Part shown: positions 56,225 to 64,000 of the stretch, piece after piece
Numbering within the stretch: the first letter of the stretch is position 1
Layout of the letters: each line of letters begins with the position of its first letter
Source of the DNA: a virus
Lineage: Duplodnaviria > Caudoviricetes
Direction: 5' to 3' (one strand)
Virus record (IMG/VR): IMGVR_UViG_2828341930_000001
Span: 72-64,071 of that record
DNA length: 64,000 nt
The notes under the pieces: model-generated
Seen by the model: only the letters and a program-made list of their open reading frames with translations
Databases searched by the model: none
What the model was told of the DNA's origin: nothing
Made by a program: the position numbers and the translations under genes

Positions 56225-56573
56225 CAACCAGATGCACCGGCACAAAGGACGCCGCCTCAGGGGAGAGTTCGCCGCTCCGGATCTGCCGGCGCCATCGGTA
56301 GATCAGGCTGCTGCACACCCCATGGCGCCGTGCCACCGCCGCCACGGCCCCGCGACCACCACGCGCCTCGCCCACCAGGCGAATCTTCTCCTCCGCCGAA
56401 TAGGCGCGCCGCCCACCGGCCCCGGTGATGACCTCGATACGTTGGACTGCCACGGTGCAAACCACAACTGCTTGCCATGATGCCAAGCCGGCCACACACC
56501 CACGCGCCGCCGACACATAGCTTTCAGCACAACAGCCCCCGATCCAACAAGGCAGCCCACAGACGACGCTTAC
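56225..56573 (-). mobile_element. tnpA: IS66 left end with truncated tnpA
   Basis: GTAAGCGTC terminus at 56573; RIEVITG..RRAYSAEEK...VARRHGVCSSLIYRWRR. Confidence 0.8.
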
Positions 56574-57050
56574 GGTAAGTCCAGTCTGCTGGCCGATCCG
56601 AGCCTCGCCCTGCCACCACACTTCTACCGGCGTTCCCGGCGGGAACTGGCTCCCGATGCCCGCCAGGCGGGTTGGGAAGTTTTTTCGGCAATGTCTTCGG
56701 ACTTCTGACCGCGATGGCGCGGGCAGCCGAGAGCTTAAGATAGCCCAGTGCACGCAGTTCGCGGCCAAGGGTGAAGCACCTCATCGAGACGCCGAATTCG
56801 TCCCCCGGCAACTGGACCAGATCGAAAGACCGCCAGCGCACGACGCCGTGCACGGTTGGGATCGGCCCAACCTCGCCGGCTGCGGCCTGGCGCGCGCGGT
56901 GAATATCGTTCCGCAGCGATGCCTTGCTGGACGCCTTGCACGCCGCCAGGCGTCCGGGCCATTCGCATAACGATCCACGCGCCCGCCTTCGGTCTGGTGG
57001 CGTTCACCGCGAGGACTGTGTAGCACGCGCCTTGGCCATCTTGTTACTCC
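56574..57050 (-). pseudogene. IS630-family transposase remnant
   Basis: LGRELRALGY.KLSAR and VEVWWQGEARIGQQ (degenerate DEAR-GQ) in shifted frames. Confidence 0.65.
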
Positions 57051-57182
57051 CAACTCGGTGGCTGTCGGACGTGCCGATGGCGGGAGCGCTGCCGGCGGCC
57101 CAGGGGGGAATGGCCTGTCTCGTCCCCGCACTTGTGGATAGGGGGACAGCCAGACTGTTCCGGTTTCCCAGAAGGCTATCAA

Positions 57183-57884
57183 ATGGCGAACAACGGCCAC
57201 ACAACGCTTCCGGCTGGCACCGACAGCGACCTATTCCAGGTTGCGAAAACTGCAGCGGCCGAGGGTCGTCCCGAGGACATGTTGCAGGCACTGAGCGCCA
57301 GTATGTTTTTGGATGGCCTTGTGCGGATGCATCGGAAACGGTGGGGCCAGAAACTGCCGGCCTCGGAGATTGAAGACTGCATCGCCTCGAGCGTGGACGC
57401 AGCATATGACGGCATCCGGGCAGGAAAGCCCGTGCACGACCTTGGGGCCTGGCTTTGGAAGGTAGCGGATAAGGTCGCGCAAGACCGCTGGACCAATGAC
57501 TACCGGCACCGGCGGGGCGAGGCCAACGATCTGGCTGAAACTCCCGACCAAATCCTTGATGACGGGGAAAGGGCTGAGGCTGAAGCCTTAGCGGACCACA
57601 GGAAGTCGGAAGCTGTACGCTTTGCGCGCCGACTCCTGCCCCGCCTCGGCCAAGGACAGATCGCCGACGTTATGGCTCTGCTCATCGACGCCGTCGAGCA
57701 AGGCTTGCCCGACCTGCCCGCCAACTTGGTCGCTGACACGCTTAGCATCAGCGCTGGATCCGCACGCAAGCTCATGTCTAGGGGACTGGCGCGGCTGCAG
57801 CGTGAGGCAGCCAAGGAAGGCATCGAATTCCCAGACACCTTCGACGACAACACCGATAACAATCAACCCGAGGACGACCAATGA
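57183..57884 (+). CDS. ECF sigma-70-like protein
   Basis: Region 2 EIEDC...AWLWKVADKVAQDRW; region 4 VADTLSISAGSARKLMSRGLARL. Confidence 0.75.
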   Translation: MANNGHTTLPAGTDSDLFQVAKTAAAEGRPEDMLQALSASMFLDGLVRMHRKRWGQKLPASEIEDCIASSVDAAYDGIRAGKPVHDLGAWLWKVADKVAQDRWTNDYRHRRGEANDLAETPDQILDDGERAEAEALADHRKSEAVRFARRLLPRLGQGQIADVMALLIDAVEQGLPDLPANLVADTLSISAGSARKLMSRGLARLQREAAKEGIEFPDTFDDNTDNNQPEDDQ

Positions 57885-59410
57885 CCACGCCTCAGAACGA
57901 TTTTTCAACTGAGTTCCGCCAATTGATCGCGGACGCTCGGGCCCTTTCGTCCGACATCGGCGGAGTGGTGGAAGAGATCCTGCGATCCGGCTTGAACGAG
58001 CCGCTGTCAGACGAAGAGGCGCGCTCGCTACTGACCAGGGTTGCGCAGGTTATGCGGTCCAATGCTCAAGTCCGAGGTGACACCTCCACGATGGCGGCGC
58101 TCGACACCGGGATAGCCGAATTAGTTGATCGGGTCATGTCCGTTCACGATTTGCTCGGCAGCCGTTTCTTATCCACCACCATCACCAACCAGATACGGCC
58201 TATCGAACACGACGGTATCAAACCGCGTCCGGTTTTGCCCACGCCGGTTTTCCATGAGCGGCCTGTGCAGGTGGTAGAAGGGTTCGTCCGCACGCGAGAT
58301 ATCCAGCTCTGGGATGAAAACCAGCGCCTGGATATCCATCTCAACCAGTTTCAACAGGCCCATGGCCGGAAGCCTGATGCTGATGAGTTGCTGGAGATTA
58401 TGACGGGCGAGATGACCCTTCCGGGTCTCACCAAGGATGATCAGTTCGAAATCAAAAACTTGGCGCGAAGCATTGCGGTCAATGGAGTTCGTAAGCCGCC
58501 GATCATCGACATCGACGGCAAACTGCTTGACGGTAACCGCCGAACGGCGGCCTGCTACTTCATCCTCAACAGCCCTGATTTCGATGCTGATTCCAAGCGG
58601 CGAGTCGAATGGATGCTCGTTTGGCAGCTTACAGAGCATGCAACCGAGGCCGACCGGAATGCAGTGATAGTGTCCCTGAACTTCGAGCCAGACTTCAAGC
58701 AAGACTGGCCAGAATACGTGAAGGCACGGACCGTCTATGAACGTTGGCAGGGGTTGGTAGCGCTTGAACCACGCGGCAACCCCACGCTCTCCCGGCAGCG
58801 GGCGCTCAAGCGCGACATTGCGCGCACCTTCGCGATTTCGGCGGATGACGTCAGCCGCTATATTAGCATGGTCGAATTAACGGAAGATTTCGAGGATTAC
58901 CATGTCACCGAACGCAATCAAGATCAGTACGCAGTCAAGCATCGCAGCGAGCGATATTTCCAATACTTCGACGAACTAGGAAAGGGAAAAGGCGCTGGTG
59001 GCGTCTATTGGTCTCTCAACCAGGACGATAGCTTTAAGCACTTAGTCTACGACTTACTCTACGATGGAAAATTCCAAAATTGGAATAAAATTCGCGACCT
59101 CAAATACGTCTATTCGAATGAAGACGCAATGGCCTACTTGCGGCGGGCTCGTGACGAAAATGACCCAGAAGCCGGACAAGAGCTTGTCAACGACGCGTGC
59201 GGCTTCGCGCGGGCGTCCCGTGCTGAGACCCGTCAGGTCGGAGCGAACACGCGCGTCCATGTCTTCGTCGAGTGGTTCAAAGACCTTCCCGTGAAGACGT
59301 TCAAGCCTGGTGAGCCCGGGTCTATCAGCCAGGAGAATCTCCAGGGGCTGCGGACGGTTTTGGACATAGTGGAGAAGCACTTGCCAACCGCTGGCCGTGA
59401 GGAGAACTGA
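57881..59410 (+). CDS. ParB/Srx-like N-terminal-domain protein with HTH
   Basis: LARSIAVNGVRKPPII...LLDGNRR; DIARTFAISADDVSRY. Confidence 0.75.
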   Translation: MTTPQNDFSTEFRQLIADARALSSDIGGVVEEILRSGLNEPLSDEEARSLLTRVAQVMRSNAQVRGDTSTMAALDTGIAELVDRVMSVHDLLGSRFLSTTITNQIRPIEHDGIKPRPVLPTPVFHERPVQVVEGFVRTRDIQLWDENQRLDIHLNQFQQAHGRKPDADELLEIMTGEMTLPGLTKDDQFEIKNLARSIAVNGVRKPPIIDIDGKLLDGNRRTAACYFILNSPDFDADSKRRVEWMLVWQLTEHATEADRNAVIVSLNFEPDFKQDWPEYVKARTVYERWQGLVALEPRGNPTLSRQRALKRDIARTFAISADDVSRYISMVELTEDFEDYHVTERNQDQYAVKHRSERYFQYFDELGKGKGAGGVYWSLNQDDSFKHLVYDLLYDGKFQNWNKIRDLKYVYSNEDAMAYLRRARDENDPEAGQELVNDACGFARASRAETRQVGANTRVHVFVEWFKDLPVKTFKPGEPGSISQENLQGLRTVLDIVEKHLPTAGREEN

Positions 59411-59411
59411 C

Positions 59412-61187
59412 GTGGATCGCACTACGATGACCTACGTGACGGCCGATGTGCGGTTATCCGAAACGCTGGATGCCCTCTATGTAGTCCCTCAGGATCCTGC
59501 AGATGCTCTGACTATCCTGCGGCGACTTTCCGCCTCCATGCCGACGGCGGGACTCCGACGTGGTGCGGGGGGGATCCGTGTCGGGCGTGAAAACGCCACA
59601 TACCTGAAAATAGGCACCCCCGGCCTTAACTTGGTATGGGCCTCCGAAGCCCGACAGTTTGTCGCCAACCGGGAACGTGTGGCGGCCGCCTACCCTGCAG
59701 TGCGGGCCTCCATCGAAGGAATAAAAGCTGGCGGCCCCGACGCAGCCCGCTTGTTCATCAAGGACAGCGACGGGTTGAATGTCCTCGACAGGCACCAAGT
59801 CACCAACGTGGCTGCCATGACCGTACCGGAGGGATTTGGGTTGTGCGTCTTCGACGAACAGGGCGCCGGCAAGACGGTCACCATGATTTATGCGTTCGAT
59901 TTGATGGTTGCCCGGGACGAAGTCGACTTGCTCGTTATCGTAGCGCCTAAGAGCATGGTGGCCGAGTGGCCGAAGGACTTCGCGACGTTCCGCGGGGACT
60001 TATACCGGGTGGCTATCTTGACCGGAACCAGTGTGCAAAAGCGATCGACCCTGCGTTCAGGTGCCGATGTCCTTGTCATGAACTTCGAAACGGCCGTAGC
60101 GTTGGAGGCGGAGTTGAAGTCCTTGCTACGAAACAAAGACGGGCGCGCGGTTCTGGCGATCGACGAATCGTTTTTCATCAAATCGTTGGATGCCAAACGA
60201 ACTCGGGCGCTTCGGCGTCTCCGCGAGTGGTGCGGGCGGGCCTATGTGCTTTGTGGCACGCCAGCACCCAATGCACCGCAGGATCTGGTCCAGCAATTCA
60301 GCCTTGTAGATTTTGGGTTGGCGTTCGAGGGGCTGGAACTGCCCAAGGACCGAGAGACGGCTATGCCGTTGGTACAAGAGGTGGTCGACACTCGTGGCCT
60401 CTACATTCGGCACCTCAAAACCGACGTCCTGCCCGACTTACCACAAAAGCAGTTCCAACGGATTTACGTGCCGATGGAACCGCGTCAACGACGCCTCTAT
60501 GAAGGCGCTCTAAATAGGTTGGTGGATGACGCTGAAGCCGCGTCTGACCGAGACTTCCAGAAGACCTATGCCAACTTCCTCGCTCGGCGAGCCGCCCTGC
60601 TACAGGTTTGTTCCAACCCACAGGGCATCGACCCCTCGTATAAAGAGACCCCGTCAAAGCTCGCCACGATGGACAACATTCTCCACGAACTGGTCGAGCA
60701 ACGGGGAGAGAAGGTGGTGGTCTGGTCGTTCTACACCGCTTCAGTGACGGCGCTGGTCGAGCGCTACGCACGGTATGGAACGCTACGTTATGACGGTCAA
60801 GTTAGCAACATCACCGAACGGCGGGAAGCAGTGAGGCGCTTCCAGCAGGATGCAGACGCCAAAATCCTTGTCGCCAACCCCGCAGCCGCGGGTGCAGGAC
60901 TCACGCTGCATAGTGCCCGGATTGCAATTTATGAATCCCTTTCGAACCAGGCAGCGCACTACCTGCAAAGTCTCGACAGAATCCACCGGCGCGGCCAGAC
61001 TAGGGATGTTGAATACTTGGTGCTGCTTTGTGACGGAACGATCGAGGTTCAGGAGTATGATCGGCTTATCCGCAAGGAGCGCGCCGCCCAAGATCTCCTG
61101 GGAGACCAGGTGAGCGCCCCAGTGACACGAGAATCCTTCTTAGCGGATGCTCGCGCCGCTGTGGAATTCCTGAGCCGATCCCAATAA
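59412..61187 (+). CDS. SNF2-family helicase/translocase
   Basis: DEQGAGKT, VAPKS, IDESF, CGTP, AAGAGLTL, QSLDRIHRRGQ; GGAG RBS before GTG at 59412. Confidence 0.9.
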   Translation: MDRTTMTYVTADVRLSETLDALYVVPQDPADALTILRRLSASMPTAGLRRGAGGIRVGRENATYLKIGTPGLNLVWASEARQFVANRERVAAAYPAVRASIEGIKAGGPDAARLFIKDSDGLNVLDRHQVTNVAAMTVPEGFGLCVFDEQGAGKTVTMIYAFDLMVARDEVDLLVIVAPKSMVAEWPKDFATFRGDLYRVAILTGTSVQKRSTLRSGADVLVMNFETAVALEAELKSLLRNKDGRAVLAIDESFFIKSLDAKRTRALRRLREWCGRAYVLCGTPAPNAPQDLVQQFSLVDFGLAFEGLELPKDRETAMPLVQEVVDTRGLYIRHLKTDVLPDLPQKQFQRIYVPMEPRQRRLYEGALNRLVDDAEAASDRDFQKTYANFLARRAALLQVCSNPQGIDPSYKETPSKLATMDNILHELVEQRGEKVVVWSFYTASVTALVERYARYGTLRYDGQVSNITERREAVRRFQQDADAKILVANPAAAGAGLTLHSARIAIYESLSNQAAHYLQSLDRIHRRGQTRDVEYLVLLCDGTIEVQEYDRLIRKERAAQDLLGDQVSAPVTRESFLADARAAVEFLSRSQ

Positions 61188-61202
61188 ACAACCAAACATC
61201 AC

Positions 61203-62615
61203 TTATTCCGCTGCGAGCATGAGTTCGTCTTTTACATCAATAATTTCATCTGCCGCCGGGTGTAATCTCTTTCGACCACCAACCGAGATCAGGTGCTTTA
61301 ACTCATTGAGCCGTTCAGGCGGCACATATTCAAAGGCATCAGCGCGCATCCGTGAGCCCTCCTGATGCCAATCCGAGATCGTACTCCCTTTGGTGTCGTT
61401 CCTCATGTGGGGAGGATTAACGATCGTCCGAGGGCGCCGCAGCATCTTCGCCAAGAGGTCGAGATTCCAACACTCGACGCGTCCATAGCTGCGTCCGGTT
61501 CCTTCTTGCGCCTGCGCTGCTATAAGGGCTTGGCCTATTGCTTTGCCGAGGCCCACTGGCACCGCATTGCCGACCTGCTCGTACTTTTGCCTAACCGACC
61601 CGGCAAAGGTCCAATCTTCCGGGAATTGCTGGATCCGAGCATATTCGCGGATGGAAAGCGGGCGCAACTCGGTGGGGTGGCAGAGGCTTGTGGCTTTGCT
61701 ATCTGGCCTCGTCGTGAGCGCTGGACTTGGTCGGTCGAAGCTCAGGCGGCGAAAGAAACCAGACCGTCCTCCCCACGAAACAAATGCCCGGCCTAGCGCT
61801 TCCGACTGCAACTCTTCGGGCAAGGCTCGCCAGTTCCCACCTTCGGGAACCATGGCGAGGTATTTAGCCTTGCTTGGGCAAAGCTTCGTGAATTCGGGAG
61901 CAGGGTCTTCCAGCCCCTCAAGCGCGGATCGAAGTATTTGCCACTTGGGAAGTCCATTGTCGCCATTCCGATCGTGGGTCGCAGCCGGCATAGCGATCCG
62001 TTCGTGATACCGCGTCCCCAAGAACACTAGACGCTCTCTGGCCTGCGGGACGCCAAAGTCCGCCGCATTCAGGATGTCGAAGATGGTGTAATATCCAAGC
62101 TCGCGCAAAGTGGAGGCGACAGTTTTCAAGGCCGAACCCAACTCCTCGTCGGGCTCCAGTGTGGGATAGCCAGGACCTCGTTCTTTCAGGGATCGATGCT
62201 TCACCGCAGCCGAAAGTAAGCCGCGAACATTTTCCATGACAAAGAAATGCGGCTGGGCTTCCCGCACGACCCGAGCGAAATGCTGAAAGAGCGTGCCGCG
62301 TGGGTCGCTGAGAGAACTGCGCGCGCCTGCAGTGCTGAAAGCCTGACAGGAGGGACCGCCAGCCACTGCGAAGGCCTCTCCCGGTTTGAGCCCTGCCGCT
62401 TCTAAAATTTCTGTCGTGGTGACGTCTTCGATTTTTCGGTCGATGACCGGCAGGCCGGGCCGGTTGGCGCGGATGGTGGCAACGGCCACGGGGTTGCATT
62501 CAACAGCTACCGCAACGTGCAGGCCTGCGGCTTCAAGGCCGAGATCAAGGCCCATTGCTCCTGAAAAAAGAGAAATTACGGGCAGGTCGGGGCGACTATC
62601 GCTTCGGCCTATCAT
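61203..62615 (-). CDS. C5 DNA cytosine methyltransferase
   Basis: LFSGAMG, GGPSCQ, MENV, QARER, REYARIQ, VGNAVP. Confidence 0.95.
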   Translation of the reverse strand: MIGRSDSRPDLPVISLFSGAMGLDLGLEAAGLHVAVAVECNPVAVATIRANRPGLPVIDRKIEDVTTTEILEAAGLKPGEAFAVAGGPSCQAFSTAGARSSLSDPRGTLFQHFARVVREAQPHFFVMENVRGLLSAAVKHRSLKERGPGYPTLEPDEELGSALKTVASTLRELGYYTIFDILNAADFGVPQARERLVFLGTRYHERIAMPAATHDRNGDNGLPKWQILRSALEGLEDPAPEFTKLCPSKAKYLAMVPEGGNWRALPEELQSEALGRAFVSWGGRSGFFRRLSFDRPSPALTTRPDSKATSLCHPTELRPLSIREYARIQQFPEDWTFAGSVRQKYEQVGNAVPVGLGKAIGQALIAAQAQEGTGRSYGRVECWNLDLLAKMLRRPRTIVNPPHMRNDTKGSTISDWHQEGSRMRADAFEYVPPERLNELKHLISVGGRKRLHPAADEIIDVKDELMLAAE

Positions 62616-62790
62616 CTGTCTCTAACCCCAATACAAGCTGGCCAGTACTGGCCTGATCAAGCAACCGCGTGAGGGCGAGTTCGACGACATAACGCTTTGG
62701 AAGCCGCGGTTGACGGCGGACAGTGACGTCCAAAAGCCGCTCATAAAGCCGCCGATCAATCACCACCGTAAAGCGCATTTCGTCGGCCAT
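62596..62790 (-). CDS. Ribbon-helix-helix regulator overlapping MTase start
   Basis: RFTVVIDRRLYERL...KRYVVELALTRLL. Confidence 0.7.
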   Translation of the reverse strand: MADEMRFTVVIDRRLYERLLDVTVRRQPRLPKRYVVELALTRLLDQASTGQLVLGLETDDRPKR

Positions 62791-63047
62791 GCAGGCGCCT
62801 CGAATCATAAATATCCGTTATGGATTCTAGCTTTTTGTAGATCAAAGTAAACATCAAATTGCATAGAAGCACACCAAAATATGATATTCTGCACATCGTG
62901 TCTGAGCCCCACCCCTGGAGGCGGCCATAGACCCACCGCCTACCGTCCACCCGCGACCGCCGCGATCCGGGGCGGTCGCGGTGAACTAGGCCTCATCGAA
63001 GGGGGCGAAGCGCAGGGGCACCATCAAGCCGGCTGCCAGAGCCACCA

Positions 63048-63338
63048 CTACACCCCACCCCGCTTCCTCTCCGGAAGCTCGGGCCCAGGCCCATCCCCCT
63101 CGCCCCCACCGGTCCGGTCAATCTCCAGCCCGACCAGCAGGTCCGACGCTTCGATCCCCAACCCCCGGGCGAGATCCACGATTACCGCAAGGCTGGGATT
63201 CCATTTTCCCCGTTCCAGGTCCGACAGATAGGGCACGGCCATACCAGCGCGGCCGGCAAGCTCCTCTTGCGTCAGGCTTTTCGCCTTCCTTTGCTGCCGC
63301 AGTAGCTTCCCAAACTGGATCCGGATGTCTTCAACCAT
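63048..63338 (-). CDS. XRE HTH regulator (controller-protein-like)
   Basis: FGKLLRQQRKAKSLTQEELA...YLSDLERGKWNPSL. Confidence 0.85.
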   Translation of the reverse strand: MVEDIRIQFGKLLRQQRKAKSLTQEELAGRAGMAVPYLSDLERGKWNPSLAVIVDLARGLGIEASDLLVGLEIDRTGGGEGDGPGPELPERKRGGV

Positions 63339-63595
63339 CCGGGCAAAACACGCGGTTGCAAAAGCCAAGGCCATAATATATATCTTAAGTCGCCTTTCAG
63401 ACGGTGCTGACGCGCCTTTTCACAGGCGTCTTCGGTCGCCGGGCGCCACCGTCCTCCGTTGCCGTATTTCCTAGGGTTTCCCAATGCCCCTTTCCCCCCG
63501 CCCCGTCGCCCGCCGCCTCGGCCGGGCCACCCTCCGCATATTGCCCGTTTCCCCGCTGGCGGCACCCTCCGCCCACGCGTCGGCGGAGGCCTGAG

Positions 63596-64000
63596 ATGAA
63601 GAAGGTCTCGGGTCAACTGTCGCTGTTGGGCGACTCCATCATCAACGCCAAGCAGTGCAACTACAGCCTTATCAAGATTGGCGGCCAAATCCTTCCAAAG
63701 GTGGTCGTGCCGATCGGCCTGAATAACTTTCTCGATGTCGACGCCGATGGCGTAACCACGCTCCATTACGTCAAGTTATTCTATACTAGCCCCCTGATCA
63801 TCGGCATCGAAACACCTTCAGGCGAGCGCTATTACGCGAAGACCAATGCCTTCACATCGCTCATAATCCTGATCTGTTCCATTATTCTCATCCCTTTCTT
63901 GGGGCTCGGGCTTTTGTTCCTGCCCGCCGCCTTCGCCGTCATCGCGACGGACATCGCCGGCGGCCAGCTGCAGGACCAGGGCTTTACACCCGTCAAGTAA
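63596..64000 (+). CDS. Hypothetical membrane protein
   Basis: MKKVSGQL...C-terminal TM hairpin. Confidence 0.6.
   Translation: MKKVSGQLSLLGDSIINAKQCNYSLIKIGGQILPKVVVPIGLNNFLDVDADGVTTLHYVKLFYTSPLIIGIETPSGERYYAKTNAFTSLIILICSIILIPFLGLGLLFLPAAFAVIATDIAGGQLQDQGFTPVK

Noticed and set aside
57183-62615. Assignment to DISARM, BREX or Dnd
   Set aside because: The defining core genes of those systems are not present in the window.
1-64000. CRISPR array, diversity-generating retroelement or tail-fibre shufflon
   Set aside because: No repeat-spacer array, reverse transcriptase, TR/VR pair or invertase seen.

Overview
High-GC alphaproteobacterial DNA (Rhodospirillales-like, by inference). Positions 1-50728 are an apparently complete lambda-like siphovirus prophage. 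Its modules are: tyrosine integrase/excisionase, leftward early genes (including a C5 methyltransferase with tandem repeats, XRE-ParB and BRO), a two-repressor immunity region, a Prim-Pol/helicase replication module with an iteron-rich origin, terminase-portal-protease-capsid, tail genes interrupted by a 5 kb moron/antirepressor block, a 2175 aa tape measure protein with EF-hand repeats, a receptor-binding fibre, a lysis cassette and a SLATT-type cargo gene. It ends at a tRNA 3'-end duplication (attR, 50713-50728). To the right is a separate accessory island: two tandem paralogous toxin-like/membrane-immunity-like modules around a decayed tRNA-Cys relic, an HNH-ABC-ATPase fusion, nested IS66/IS630 debris, and a sigma-like + ParB-like + SNF2 operon convergent on an RHH + C5 methyltransferase pair that matches no system I can name. 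A 15-bp palindrome, GCGAAC-GNC-GTTCGC, recurs throughout the prophage. All family calls come from motif recognition only; no database search was run.
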